Shown piece after piece: positions 36,627 to 51,060 of a DNA stretch of 64,000 bases. The DNA lies in contig CM041465.1 in NCBI GenBank assembly GCA_023213395.1, positions 188,487,741 through 188,551,740 of the forward strand. The letters are read 5' to 3'. Each line of letters begins with the position of its first letter. The stretch's first letter is position 1. The notes beneath the pieces are model-generated. The model saw nothing but the letters and a program-made list of their open reading frames with translations. It was not told the DNA's origin and ran no database searches. This DNA comes from Cycas panzhihuaensis (taxonomy: Eukaryota; Plantae; Cycadophyta). The translations under genes and the position numbers were made by a program.

Positions 36627-39600
36627 TCAGAACTGTTTAAACTTCACCATTTGCAGTGGTTTGGTGAAGATATCAGCCACTCGATCTATTGTGAGGTAGT
36701 AATCTAATTGAATTGTGCTGTCATGAATAAGTTCGCTAATCATATGGACTTTCATACTTCTGTGTTTGGTACGATCATGAAATACATGATTTTTTGCCAT
36801 GCAGATTATTGATTGATTATCCACATGAAGACTCGTAGGACTTGTTTGGGTGATATTCAATGTTTCCAATAATTTTTGCAGCCATATCACCTCTTTACTG
36901 GTCTCAGAAGCAGCAATATATTCAACTTTAGCAGTTGAATCTACAACTATCTTCTACTGTCTGGATCTCCATGATATTGGTGTTATTTCAAGAAATGTTG
37001 CATGCCTAGATGTAGATCTTCTTATATCTTTATCTCTTGCAAAGTCTAAGTCTGTGTATGCAAAAATCTTGAAGCCTGAATTAGGTTTATACAACAGACC
37101 ATATTTGCTGGTCGTCTTAAGATATCTCAACACTTGCACTGCTACCTGCCAATGATTCTGCTTAGGATTTGTCATATAACGAGCAAGAATGCCAACATAG
37201 TATATAATATCTGGCCTTGTATTAGTAGTGTAGATGAGACTACCTATAAGTTTCCTATAGAGTGTTGCATCTATCTCCCTAGTGTCACCTTTAGCTGAGA
37301 GTTTGGTGTTAGGGTCCATAGGTAACATCACTGGTCGAACATCTTCTAACTGAAACTTGGTTAGAATATCGTTGATGTATTTTTCTTGAGAGAGGAAAAA
37401 TTTTCCATTCTTTTGTGTTACTTCAATTCCCAAGTAATATTTCATCAAACCGAGGTCAGACAATTCAAACAGTTTGCCAATGTCATTTTTCAGTTGGCTT
37501 ATTGCCTATTCAATATTACCCGTTACTAGTATGTCATCCACAAAGATTATGAGATAAGTGACTTTATCCTTATGGCGTTTGATGAACAACATTTCATCAA
37601 TATCTTGATAGTCACAAACCTCGTATCTAAGTTGCCTCATCCTTTCAGACAACTTGGCAAACCAAGCGCGAAGGGCTTGCTTAAGGCCATACAAGGACTT
37701 TCTGAACCTGTAAACCTTATGCTCTTGACCTTCGATCTCATATCCTTTTGGCTGAGCCATGTAAATTTCTTCTTCAAGATCTCCATTGAGAAATACAGTC
37801 TTAATATCGAGTTGGTGGATTTTCCAACCCTGTTGAGCAACCAAGGCCACAAGAGTTCTAATTGTAGGCCACTTGGTTATAGGTGCAAAGACTTCAGTAT
37901 AGTCGATGCCTTCCCTTTGTGTAAATCCTTTAACTACCAACCTCACCTTGTGTTTTTCAAAGGTGCCATCTGATCTATATTTGTTTTTGAACACCCATTT
38001 ATTTTGAACTACTTTCTACCAAGTGGTAGATCAACGAGCTCCCATGTATTGTTCTTAATAAGAGATTGGTACTCTTCGTTCATGGCGTTTCTCCAAGTTG
38101 TATGCTTTACAACTTCTTGGTATATTAAGGGATCTTCATTAAGAGTAAGGTGCAATTCTACTGGTTCAAGCTCAGTATATAATGATTCCTACATCCTTGC
38201 TCTATGGGCACTTCTAGTGCCAATTTTGCTCATCTCATCTGGTCGTATGTCCTTATTGAGCTAGCGGGCTTCTCGAGATCCTCGAGTTGGGAATGATGTC
38301 CTCATTTCCCTAACTTTTTGGTTCTCATCATGTTCATTAAAATGATTATTTTGTGAGGAGGATGTTGATGTTATTAAGGAAGATGGTCCTTCTACCACTA
38401 TTTTGCCTTTGTCAACTGAAGCTGGAGAGGATGGTTCTTTCATAATGGCTTTGTCTTTGTCAACTCTGCTATCTTCAAAAGATGGTGCTGGATGTGTACT
38501 CATCGATTCAGAGTCACAACTTGTATCCTCCAAGGCTATATTGTTAGCTTCCAACATTTGGAGTAATTTATGTCTGCCCCTCCCCACCAAATTTTGGAAT
38601 CTGAACATCATACTTGATAACATTATTGTAGCGGTGTGAGGGTATTATAGAGTCTAATTTAAGTAATTGGTCCTCTGTCTCTGTAAAAATGACATCTCTG
38701 GTAATGATGATTTTTTATTGTGAAGGTATACCCTTTCTTATCCATAGGGTATCCAACAAAGATGCCTTTAAGTGCCCTTGGCTAGAGTTTATTTCGATCT
38801 GCATCCAGAATGTGGGCATAGCATGTAGAGCCAAAAATTTAAAGTAGTGAATAATGGGGCTTGTCTTGACCACTTTTCATTAGGTGATTATACTTCCTTT
38901 GATGGGCTAACAGTATTGATACAATAAATAGTTGTTCAGATTGCTTTAGCCCATAGATAGATAGGTATATTTTTGTATATTAACATAGCATGAGCCATGT
39001 TCATGATTCTCCTATTCATACACTTGACAACTCTATTTTATTGTGGGGTGCCTACTGCTGTTGTTTAATACTTGATGCTATTATCTCGAAGGTAGATTTG
39101 AAACTCATGTGAGGTATATTCGCCACTATTATCAGTTCGAAGACATTTGAGTTGATAACTTGACTCTTTTTCAGTGAGGGCTTTGAATTCCTTGAATATA
39201 TGGAATGCTTCATCTTTCTTGTGTAGAAAAGCTACCCATACTTTTCTAGTGAAATCATCAATGAATGAGATGTAATATAGCTTACCCTTCAGTGAAGGAA
39301 TGGGCATTGACCCGCACAAATCAGAGAGTACTAATTGTAATGGATGGCTCGATTTCCACTGACTTTTGGGAAAGGGTTGTCGATGAGATTTGGCAATGAT
39401 ACAAGCTTCACATTTAAAGGGCTTAGAGGAAAACTTTAGAAGGTTTGGAAGAGTATTAGAAAGATCTCTAAGTCTATTAATGTGAACATAGCCCATGTGA
39501 GCATGCCAAAGAGCTTCTAGTGACAATGTTGGATGGGTCAAGATGGAATTAAATGTAAATTCTTCATCGGCATAAGGGTTTTGGGCATAATGGGCTTCAG

Positions 39601-41161
39601 AAGATGGAGAGTCATTTAGTTGAAAGAGTTTGCCAGAGAGATGTCCAGTCAAAACCACCTGATTAGTTGGAGGGTGAATGACCTTGAGAGTCTGGTCATT
39701 TATGGTTACACTCAGATCAAATCCACAAGAAACAAGTGTGGATAAAGAGAATAGGTTTTGTTTGAGATTGCGTATATATAAGACATCAAGCAATGTAAAA
39801 TCTTCTAAGCTTGAGAGTTTTAGGCGAATGTTGCCAATTCCTTCAATAGGTTGTTGTGATTTATTAGCCATGTGAACAACTCCATGAACATTTGAGTCAA
39901 ATGTTTGATATAGACTACAATTACATGTCATATGTTGAGTTGCTCCTGTGTCCATGATCCACTGTCCATCGATTGAATCCACACTATTGGCAATTCTAAT
40001 AGGGCTTGGCATTAGTGAAGGGAATTCACAATTGATATATCCACACCAAGCTTCAAAGTATCTCTTTGGTTGGTCAATGGCATTTGATGCTAAAGATCCC
40101 TCAATTCTTTGAATGTGTGCTTGTATAAAACCTGCACCACTAAAGGATTCTTCACAAGTTTCTTCAACATTGTGAGCTCCATGTTTTGGTTAGAACTTGG
40201 CTAACTTATAAGTGGCAATTCTACAATCTTTTGCTAAGTGTCCTTTACTGTTGCACCGATCACACATAATAGTTTGATTACTAGTCCCTGAAGAAGTACT
40301 AGTTTGGCATGATTGTCTTGCTCTTTGTTGAGGTGACCCTTGGCCTTGAAATTGTCGAGGTTGTGATTGAGAGTTTGATTGACCTTGTGGATGATTTTCT
40401 ATATTTTTTCCTCTTCCTCTTGCTCAGTTATTTCCACTGCCATGAGAGGGACCTTGATTTTTTGTGTAGCAAACTTCTTCTTCTACCTCAAAGGCTGCAT
40501 CTGGAAGAGGGTCAGAAGTTACAAAGTTTGTATCAAAGGTCTTGTCAAATTCTATGAACTTCTTAGCAAGTGCTTCGAAGTTGAGTGTCTTCAATGTTCC
40601 ACTAGATTGAAGACTTCCAATCAAGTTTTAATAATCAGGGACATGTAAACATGACTAGATAAAAAATGCCCAAGTGATGCATTGGGTCTTAAAGTCTTTG
40701 TCAATTGCTTGTTTGATTAGTCGAAGGAGATTTATTGTCTCATGAGCTCATCCCTTCTGCATTTTTAATTTGTTCATTTTCAAAATAAGATGAACAAATT
40801 CTAAATCTGACTTTGTATCAAAGTTCTTTATGAGAACTTTTAGGACCTTCTAAGTTGTATCATGTTCCTTTTCACTTATCAAGTTGTGTAAGGAGTGATC
40901 AATGACCAACAAAATTCCTACACAAATCTTTTCATCATCTATCTCCCATTGTAGTTTAGCTGCAACATCTATAGGAGCTATTGGAGTGGATCTACTAGAA
41001 GTAGTTATTGTAGCCGTTACTGGTATACTGGGTGTAGGCTACAAGTGGGATCTCCAAAGGCCTTCATACTTTGTAGCATTTTTAATTCTAGTGTACCATA
41101 TATCCTAATTTTCTTTACCTTTCAATATGCAATTAACATTTTACTTAAATTGAGATGACAT
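36627..41161 (-). pseudogene. gag-pol: Copia gag-pol (gag, zinc knuckle, protease, GAG-pre-integrase, integrase, RT, RNase H)
   Basis: CDRCNSKGHLAKDC. WIMDTGATQHMT. LWHAHMGY...CEAC. FIDDFTRK...LRTDNSGEY. HKVRLVVKGF, QLDIKTVFLNG, KSLYGLKQA, IFVDDIL. VDNQS, ADIFTKPL. Multiple stops. Confidence 0.96.
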
Positions 41162-41940
41162 GGTGATGATGAAGAAGTAGAAGCGATGATAGAAGTATGT
41201 GCCACTGACACGTTTAGCTAGTACACCTGGCGTAGAAAGGATGTAGAAATGATTGTTATGATGAGAAGCAAGTAATGATTAAGTATTTTTCAACAATTAT
41301 ATAAAAAAAATGAATATAAGTAATGATGCAAGAATGAGGCCTAATGTAGAGCTGGCAAAGAGTGGTGATATGTCATGCTACTAACCTCTCACTTATATCC
41401 AAATATAGGTGAGGTTTCGATGCCTAAGGCTTCTAGTATATTATTAGGGCCTTCAACCGTGATAATCGCACCTATGCTTGGTGATGAAATCCAAGTCACA
41501 GTAGAGCCTAGGTACTCCCAGTCCTCACCCAATTCACCAATGAGCAGCTATATACCTCCTCCGAAGAGTCAAACGGTACTGTGTATCCCATGGCTATGAC
41601 GGGTATTAGACTGGGTTGATTTTAATCTTGCATTAAGATTTTTAGTTTTCCTAAGTGGTTATTAGGATTATCCCTGGTTGGAGGCTGTAGGTATGGCTAA
41701 CCTGTCCCTCCACCACTATTCTGGTTAAGACTAGACCCAGTATGAAACTCACACCTCCCCTAGGGCCTAGACTTCAGCCAACCTTGGTCTGTTTCAACCA
41801 AGGCAAGTGTGCGCATAAGTCAAGAACTAGTGGTATAGATCATATGGATGAGATTCCTTTTAGGAATAGTGTAAGATGTTTCCATACAACTAAAATAGAA
41901 ACTTGTCAAATGTGCTTGCTTACTTTTCGTGCTTGCTTTG

Positions 41941-42052
41941 TTGTTGCTACTGCTTTTGTGATGCTTTATTGTTGTTACTACTTTTATGATGCTTTATTAT
42001 TGTTGCTACTTTTGTGATGCTTTATTGTTATTGCTACTTTTGTGATGCTTTA
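41941..42052. repeat. 28-bp tandem repeat x4 in the copia leader
   Basis: Unit approx. TTGTTGTTGCTACTTTTGTGATGCTTTA. Confidence 0.9.
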
Positions 42053-43178
42053 TGCTATGTATGTAAATAGAAAATGCATGCTAGATTTAGCAGGGGAACC
42101 AGATGTTGCTTCCGATCCAAGGTTTCCCTTACTTTAATACAATGTTTCCAAATATAATTTTGGAAGTTTTGATATAAAAGCCATAATAGGATAAAAAATG
42201 GATCAACCTGCCTCTAAAATGATGATTTTTTTACATCTATATGTATGTTATTTCACCCTATATTATGATTTTTTTCACAAAAGTTACAAATAATGATAAA
42301 TGGATAAATTTTTAAAAATTATAAATATGAAGGCCTAAATGATGAAATCTGAATTTATGACAGAAGGAAAAAGTGTTCATAATATCATTTTTGATAGATT
42401 TATGAAGTCAGATTTCAGAAGAAGGCATAAAAAATTTTCTACCCGAAAAAGCACCAAAGTAAAATCCTTCATAATCAACTATCTTAGAACCTAGACTTCA
42501 ATATGTCAAAAGTTACATTTTGACATATACATTAACTTTCCCTTATTCACCATCTATAAAATCTGCCAAAAAATTACCCGAAATGCCTTTGCAAGGTCCT
42601 TTATGGGGTTGAGTGGCTAAAATCAACAACTATGAGAAAACTGCATAGATCTCACTAACCAGTAGATGGAATTTGATGATATTTATCTTAAACTGATCTT
42701 AAGATATAAATCTAACATATACATTAATAAAATTTTTAGATCTTCAACTTATAATTGAAGGATTTCATTAGGAAAATGCTGTAAATCACTTATCCACAAA
42801 ATTTACCCTTTTGTCATAGCCAAAACACACTATTTCAGGCTAAATCTAAAGTTTCTACAGAAGACAAAAATGATACTCTAGTAAGGTAACCTTCCATGCC
42901 AAATTTCATCAAATTCTGAGATGGTCAAATTTTTATGAAATTTTAGGCCTTTAATGCTTCTGGGACTATTCTAGCAGCTAAATGGCTTCAAAACCCTGTA
43001 TTCTTCGCCTCTAAATTTCTAAACACATGGACAAAGCAGCAACATACAAAATACTATAATTTTAAGCTCTCAAAATGTTAAAAAAATAATGAATGCACTC
43101 TTAATGCTTCACATTGAAGGTGAAGGAGAGGTAAAATAACTCCATGTAAATGGAATGGAGTGAATATATCCCCTTCTA

Positions 43179-43190
43179 GCTCTGATACCA
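43179..43190 (-). other. Copia primer-binding site, tRNA-Met
   Basis: Plus strand GCTCTGATACCA, the reverse complement of TGGTATCAGAGC, 2 nt from the LTR. Confidence 0.95.
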
Positions 43191-43192
43191 CA

Positions 43193-43504
43193 TGAAGGAA
43201 GGATGGATCTAGGAGATAAATCACTCACATGCACACAATGGCAATGGAGAATGAAAAAGAAGATGAAATAAGATATGAGAGCAAGCTTGGAGGTAAGAAT
43301 GAATAATGACTCCCTCCTTGAGATTTCACCTTTTATTATTGAGGGTGAGCATTAGGGTTAGGATTTTCCTACCTAATGACATGAACCCGAAATTACATCT
43401 AAATGCACGCAAAGTGCATTTCATTAAGAGACTAATGCTAATAATATATACTAAGGTCACATAATTAATCTACACAAATGACCTTGATACATTAACCTCT
43501 TTCA
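43193..43504 (-). repeat. Copia 5' LTR
   Basis: Pairs with 35834-36145. Confidence 0.97.
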
Positions 43505-45274
43505 ATTATTGTAGGTAGAGATAAAATCATCACATGACTTGCTTTAGATATCAAGAGGGTAAAAACATTTATACAAATGACATTTTCTCTTTCTTTTCTT
43601 TATTGAAGTGTTTACTTTTGTCTTTTCTTTTACTACTACCATAGGTCATACCGTACGATGGTTCAATAAGGGTTGTGTTAAACTAGGCATTGTTAAACAT
43701 ACTTTTTAGATGATAAGCAATCGCCACATTGACTACAATCATCATGTAATTTTTGCCAAAACATGATGAAGAGGAGTAAATAAACTGAAGTGCTAGATGA
43801 TTTACCTAGCCATGAAATATCAGTACTTCTTATACTATAATAAGGATGACCTTTTCAATAAAACTAAGGGAATGAGAAAATACAAACCAAATCTCAAAGG
43901 TTAAACTACAAGAGCTAGAAGGATCTCTAGATCAAAGTATCTTTGTGCATCAAGGGGTAGTACGAGAATGAGCAACAAGCTTTAGGGGAATAATTGAGAG
44001 GTGTCATAAATCATTTTAACATGAAAGAATAAGTGGCCAAATAAGAAAAGGTAAAACATCTATAAGCCTAGTAAGATAGTTGTAAGATTATGAGAAGAAG
44101 AAATAGACCAAGATCAAAAGCTACTAGTGAAATACTTAGGAGTAGGATATCTTATATAGTGGAAGAAGTTGACCATCTTAACTTATGTCTAGCTATTATG
44201 CTGATAATCAAAGTTAAGGACCTCCTTCCCTCCCAAGTACAGAACTCAAGAGGGAAGAGTGAGAGATTTTAGTAAGATAAATTACTTTTGTTGAACCAAA
44301 CAAGATATGCATGTGCATGCCTAACCAACAATGCCTCTATCTCCCAAATAGATAGTAGTCTTAGTTGATTATTGGGAGTGATATTTACATGTAAGAAGGT
44401 ACTAAGTTTAATTAGAAAAATAAAATAATAAAGGAGAAATACTATGTCTATATTAAATTGATATTTAAAAAGAGAAAAGGTGAGGAACTGACCATAGTTT
44501 GAGCTCATTGGATAGTGTGGCTTTTGGAGCTATAGTTTTAGCCTCATTCTAGAGGGATGTTTTGCATTGTTTTGTGTTTATTTAAAGGGTTAAAGAAAAG
44601 CTTGAAAGAAAGAGAAGAGGATATGAGATTAGTGTCTTTAAGTTTGAGAAAGAGCAATTATAAATGGTTATATAAGCACGATCTCTAATAAGTCAGTATT
44701 AGTTAGTTTATCTAGTAATTAATGTTACTCAAGAAAGTAACAAATGTTAATCTATTAGAAATGTTAACCAAGAAATATCTTACCCTTAGTGAGGAGAAGT
44801 AGAATAAAATTTAGTAGGACACAACTAAGAGGGGTCATAGGAATATGTATCAACATTGGGAAAGGCCCAACTGATCAATGCTCATTCAACACCTCTTATA
44901 AGAAAAGTAATAATTTTCTAAATGAATCTAAAAGCCTATATAATAAGTGATAAATCTCCAAGGCATATTAGATTCTCTGTTAGCTACTTCCAAGCAAAGA
45001 TTCACATAGAGCCAATAGCCTACTAGGGCCCTCCTTGATCCCAGATTCTCATGGGGATCTATCTTTCTAGGTACTATTTCCTATCCTTAATTATACCTAG
45101 TTTTGAATCAATACCATGTTTATTTTGAAGTTTTTATCATCCTCATGCCTTTAGAAAGGAATAAGGACCCCACCCTCCTAAGTACAAAACTTAGGAAGGA
45201 AGAAAAGAAGATGAGGAGTCATAAGTAAAATGAGATCATTTTGATTATTCCAAATGTGTGCTCTCCTTTTAAGT

Positions 45275-48200
45275 ATATAACTTTTGTAAAAACTATGAAT
45301 TGATAGGAATTTAGAGCTTAAGACTGTCAAGGGTGGAAATACAATAAGCACCATTCTTAAGAACTTCAATGACAAAATAAGGGCCTACCCACTTTGAGGC
45401 AAAGTTTTGTTGCTTTTCATGAAGATACTTGAGTTTAGGTACCTTATTGTTAACATAAAACTTACAAGGTCTTATCTACCTATCATAGGCTACTTAAGTT
45501 CTAGTTTTAGAAGCTACATTATTTTGTAGGGCAATTAAGCATGTTTCATCCATTTTCTCTAATTCAAATAAGCATGCTTCTCTCTAGCATTCTTCATCAA
45601 TGAAGTGTTTCAAGGAAATACGTAAAGATGGGATTTCTGCCTTAGGGGGTAGAATGGCTTTAGAGACATAGATTAGAGAGAATGGCATAATGACAATTGC
45701 ATTTTTGATAGAGGTTGCATAGGCCCATAGTAGAAGAAACAATTAAACATTCCAATCTTGATGGGAGATAGTCATAATCATTGCTAAGATTCTAGCTAAT
45801 GTCTTGTTAACAGCTTTGACTTGACCATTATCCTAGGGGTGATAAGGCGCTAATAAGCAATGGTTAATATGGATTTTTTTTGTATAATTCAGCTACTTAT
45901 GCATTTCAAAATAAAATTTTATTATTGGTGATGATAACATCAAGAACTCCAAATTTACAAATAATATACTAGAAGATAACTATTGTAATAATATTTCTAG
46001 TCATAGAGACCAACAAAATGGCTTCACTCCACTTGATAAAGTAATCCATGGTAGTTAAAATGAACTTGTAACCACTTCATGAAGGAGGGTAAAATTGACC
46101 AATGCGGTAAAGCCCCCACTAGGAAAAAGGCTATGGGAAAATAATGAACTTAAGAGATTAAGCAAGTTGGTGTATTGAGGTAGCATGCACTTGGCACCTT
46201 TTTCACTTCTAAATATAAGCATGGGCATATTTAAATAGTGTAGGCTAATAGTATCCCATTTAAAAGATATATTGGGTGGTGGACTAGCCATCGAAGTGGC
46301 CTCCACATATACCATCATGGCATTTTATCAGGGCAATCTAAGCCTCAGAAGGAAAATACATCTTAATAGAATCCCATTAAAGGAGTGCTTATAAAGAACG
46401 CCTTCAAAAAGTAGATATTGATGAGTAATGGCCCTAATTCATTTCCTTATTTTAGAGGAGATAAAGAAAGAATATGTTTGGTCTAAGAGATAAGACTTTA
46501 TCTCTTTATACCATACCTCAACACAAAATCTACTTAAAGGATTTATTTATTATGGATCTTATCATTGATGGTAACATTAGTAGGATTTGGTAATGGTGCT
46601 TCTAATGGTATCTCATAAACTACCATGCATTTTTTCAATTTAATATTAACAATCTAGAAGTTAAATTACTATAAGAGAAGTGCCTATTTAACTACTCGTC
46701 TTATAAGATTATTATAGCTAAGTAAGAAGTGAATAGGATAAAATTGGACAATCATAAAGTTAGTATTGTTAAGGAGGTCATGACATAGTTTCTTGGTGGA
46801 AAAGACCAAAGGTAGGCATTCCTTTTCTGAAGTAGAGTAGTAGAGTTCAACAACAATAAGTATTCTACTTATAAAATAAATGGTGTATTGCTTGTCAAAA
46901 TTATCTGCTTGGGTAAGCATACCCTTAATGATTTTTTTTTAATGGACGATACATACAAGATGTAGGGCTTGTCAAAAAGGGGAGGAGTAAGTACAAGAGC
47001 TAAATTGAAGCCTACTTTAATCTATTAAAATATTCTTAGATAGGCATGGTCCAAGTTAGTGAAGCCCCTTTCTTAATATCTATGAGAGGCTTAGTGTTTA
47101 ATGCAAAATCTATAATGAATCATCATAGAAAACCTAACTTGCCAAGGAAATACTTCACTTGCCTTTGATTTTGTGGTAGTGCTATCTTAAGGATAATCCT
47201 TATCTTTTTAGGATCTACTCTAATACTATCTCAAGAAACTATATTTTCTAGTATTTTACTTAAAGTGATAACAAATATATAGTTGCTTAGATTAAGGCAT
47301 AGATGATATTTGCTATATCGTTCAAAGATAATTCTCAAATCCTATATGTGATCTTTCCTATAATAGGATAATACAAGTATATCATCTAGGTAGATGGCTA
47401 TTATGACTCCATTGTAGTCATGAAATATGAAAACTATTAGCTACTAGTAAGTGGATTTAGTATTCTTTAAGCCAAATGGCATGATTTTATAGGTGAATGT
47501 CCCCCATGGAGTTATGAAAGCTATCATATGATGGTCTTCAAGAAAGATAAGAGTCTAATTATATCTCAAAGAATCATCCATGAAGGACATACCCTTAAAA
47601 CTAATAGTTTAATACTAAATCTAATCAAGGAATAGGAGAGGGAAATTATCCTTTGGGCAAGCATCATTGATGTCATGAAAATCAATGTATATCTAAAGTG
47701 ACCCATATTTCTTAGCAATGGGAATGATATTAAATGTTGATTATGAGTAGATGCTTTCAATAAAGCTCACTTTTAAAAGTTTATCCACTTCTTACTTAAA
47801 AGCCATAGATAAACAAGGATGAATGGGTCTTTGTTATGACATCTGGGTGAAGACCTTGCTTATCATTATAGTCCTAGGCAAAGAGCAATATAAACTCTAA
47901 AAGAAGATCCTCAAGTTGTTTCACTTTCTTGGGTGAGTAATTTACTCCAACTTTGATGATTCTTGGACTATAACCAATTTCTAGATCTATGCCTATTATT
48001 TCACCTATAATTATGGCATTCTTGGCATTCCTTGAAATAAGGAGGGGTAGGACTTACAAAATATAGAGGATCTTGTGAAGGATAATCCAAGTTAGCCAAA
48101 GGTGAACCATATTGTAAGTACTTATCAAAGCTAAGCTTGTGATAATTAGGAGGGAGGTTAGGAGTGGCTCTGACTAAATGATGATGAATTGCTTCATCAT

Positions 48201-49950
48201 CCTAAAAATGATCAAGATGAAGAAGGTCTCTAAAGGTGAAGCCTTTAGGTTATGAGGGAGAATAATGAAGTAGATCTAGGGGAGTTACCTCTAAAAGAAG
48301 GATGTTGTCTCGATCAAGTATCATATCTATAATTATAGGAAAATAGGATGAGAGACCAACTTGATTAGGGAGATCCCAATCTAATTACATAATGTAATAG
48401 AGGTTGGACTCATCAGTGGAGGGGAGGTTTCCAACAAGGGATACATGAATGAATAAAGGTATAATATCCTCCAAAACAATTGCCTTGGCTAGGAAAGATG
48501 TGGTAGTGATCATGTTGATTTCTCTAATTTCTCTCCTTTATGTTAGACTTAATCTAGAAGGGCTATTCAGAGGGGATGTCTCATCTTTTAGAGGTAAGAG
48601 GTTTAGATGCCTAAGCATCAGAAGTTTCTCATTATGTTATTGAACTAAGCCATCTAAAGGGAGGACTCATAGTTTGTGGACTAAGATAAACATACATATT
48701 AAGAAGAACTAGAAACAAGCATAACAATGGTTAGAGCATCCTTTATACTATATAAGCAATGGACCCACCTAAAATTTCACTTGCAAAAGGATAAGACTAA
48801 TGAAGTGATTTCTTGAGACAAAGGAGGATTGTTTTAAAGCATACTATCATCATTTTTAGCTTTTCATGAAGGAGAGAAGACTTAGTAAATCAATTCTTAT
48901 ACCATTTGACTAGGATTGATTGGGCCTCTTTTGGAGCAAAGGGGTAAAGTCTCTTCCATAGAAGTAGGAGTGCATATAGGAAAAGGCTCCAAAGTGCTTT
49001 AAAACATTTCCATATGTGATTAACTTAACAATTAACTTTCCCCTAAGGGAATATTATTAATCATGTTAACACTCTTAACCTCTTACTTGGGTATTAAAAG
49101 AGACTCAATAGTAAAGCACTATCCAAAACCCAAATATTTGCAAAAGTATTCAAAAGAGTTAGAGGGCTTTCTTATTTCCAAGATTATTTCAACAAGTGGG
49201 ACAAATTTCTTAATAGGTCTATTCTTTCATTTAACAACCTTCAACTATCCCAATTTGGTTCATTTTGGTTATTAGTCCATTTACCACCTCCCTTGGGTGA
49301 GGTAGTATGTTTCTTCCTAAGTTTAGAGCTTAAGCTCTCATTATCACTTGTGTCATATTATTTGGCCTTTCCTTTACTTTTACCCTTAGTATTATTTAGA
49401 TCATGGTTAGGCAAAGCATCTTTATGGATTGATTAGTCTTAATTTATCTTAAAGGTGGGATTATTAGCACCTTAACTCTTATGACCTATGTTCTAAACCA
49501 CATGATACTTATCTTGATCAAGAGTGTTAGTTTAGTAATAAGAACACTAATGAGCTTCTTTCATTGGAGGAGTCAGAGGGTCTTGTCATTTCTTTCCTTT
49601 AGCATAATATATGATTTTGCTTTCTTGATTTTACTCAAAAGTGAGAGAATTTTTAACATATATCTTCGTGTTGATGGTATAGTCAAGGGCCTTAATGGAT
49701 GATCTAAGATGATCATATATAAGGTCACCTTGACTAGGTTTAAGCCCTTGAGAGGAGTCCTTTATTAGAGTAAGTTTGCTAATCCTTTTTATTTTTACTT
49801 GAATATTGAAAGCTTTGAGAGCTAAACATTTGTCAATGGCTTACTCATAGGTTTAAGGACTAAGTTTAAGGACTTCTAAATGAACATGTGGTCTTAAAGC
49901 ATTGGTAAACATGTCAAATAGGAGGTTCAAATCAAGGTAAGAGTGAGAAT
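45275..49950 (-). pseudogene. gag-pol: Heavily decayed Tat-like gag(partial)-pol, related to element A
   Basis: INT ASKWVGPYFVIEVLKNGAY. RH EKECLPLVFSTKKL. RT AFITPWGTFTYKIMP and AIYLDDIL. 49780-49930 is homologous to A gag 15700-15830. Truncated at ~49950. Confidence 0.87.
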
Positions 49951-49959
49951 GTTTTAACC

Positions 49960-51060
49960 CTAGACTATAATGATTATTATATAGAGAATGTTTTATATGT
50001 ACCTAGTTTAAGAAAGAATCTAGTTTCTATTAGTAAGATATAGGATAATAGAATGAGTGTTCTCATTAAGGATGAAAAGGCAATTATCAATGATCACGAA
50101 GGTAAAATGGTCATAGAAGATGTAAGAAAAAAATATCTCTATAAGATCTTAGGTAAGTTTATAAATCAAATAGCACAATTAACTATAGGGATAATAAATA
50201 AGATTCAGTTGTGGCATGAAAAGTTAGGACATTTGTATTTTCCTAGACTTTAATTGATGAAAAAGATGAATATAATATATAGTCTCCTAAGTTCAAATCA
50301 GGAAAGGGCATGTATGATCCTTGTATTAATGGGAAGTAGCATAAGAAAAGATTTTCAAAGGTAAGGTGATTAAAAAGTTGATCTTGATATATTTAGGAAT
50401 TTATGGTCCTATGCTAAACACTATGCTTAGAGATGTAAAATATTTTTTAACCTTCATCGATGATTTTTCTAGGAAAATCTGGGTTTATCCTTTGAAGGAG
50501 AGGTTTAGGGTGTTTGAGACATTTAAGGAGTTTAAAGTAAAAGTGAAGGAAAGTAGACAAAGAATCTAGATACTAAGGTTAGATAATGGGGGAAAATTTA
50601 CCTCTAGAATCTTTATCCAATTTTATAAGGACCATGATTATTAAGCAGTTGTCATTAGCATACTTTCATCAATAGGATAGGTTAGCTAAGAGAATAAATA
50701 GGACATTGGTTAAAAGGCCAAGGTATTGATAAAGACAAATAATCTCTTAGACATCTTTTGGGTAAAAGTAGTATGTACAATAATTTACCCAATAAATAGG
50801 AGTATCACCAAAGTTGTAAGGGATAAAACACCTAAAGAAGCATGGTCAGGTTGTAAGCCTATAGTTAGTCATCTCAAAATCTTTGAAAGCACAACATATA
50901 TGTAGGTTCCTAAAGATAAATGGTAGAAAGTCATTGATAAAAGGTTGAAAGGTATTCTTATTGGGTATAACAAATAGAATAAAATGTATCAAATATATGA
51001 GTTAATAACTAGAAAGGTTCATACAACTCAAGAGGTTATCTTTGAAGAGAATGATAAATA
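49960..51060 (+). pseudogene. pol: Copia pol fragment (protease C-terminus, GAG-pre-integrase, integrase). RT/RH absent
   Basis: ENVLYVPSLRKNLVSISK. QLWHEKLGHL. YFLTFIDDFSRKIWVY. LRLDNGGKFTS. Confidence 0.88.

Larger units (their letters stand above)
35834..43504 (-). mobile_element. Full-length Ty1/copia LTR retrotransposon (7.67 kb), pseudogenised
   Basis: 312-bp LTRs TGAA...TTCA. Perfect TSD ATTAT (35829-35833, 43505-43509). Met PBS and PPT. gag-PR-INT-RT-RH order. Confidence 0.97.

Noticed and set aside
29288-49950. A single continuous second Tat element
   Set aside because: Plausible, but the 3'-type motif appears at both ~32010 and ~44500 and no second LTR is present, so the pieces are reported separately.
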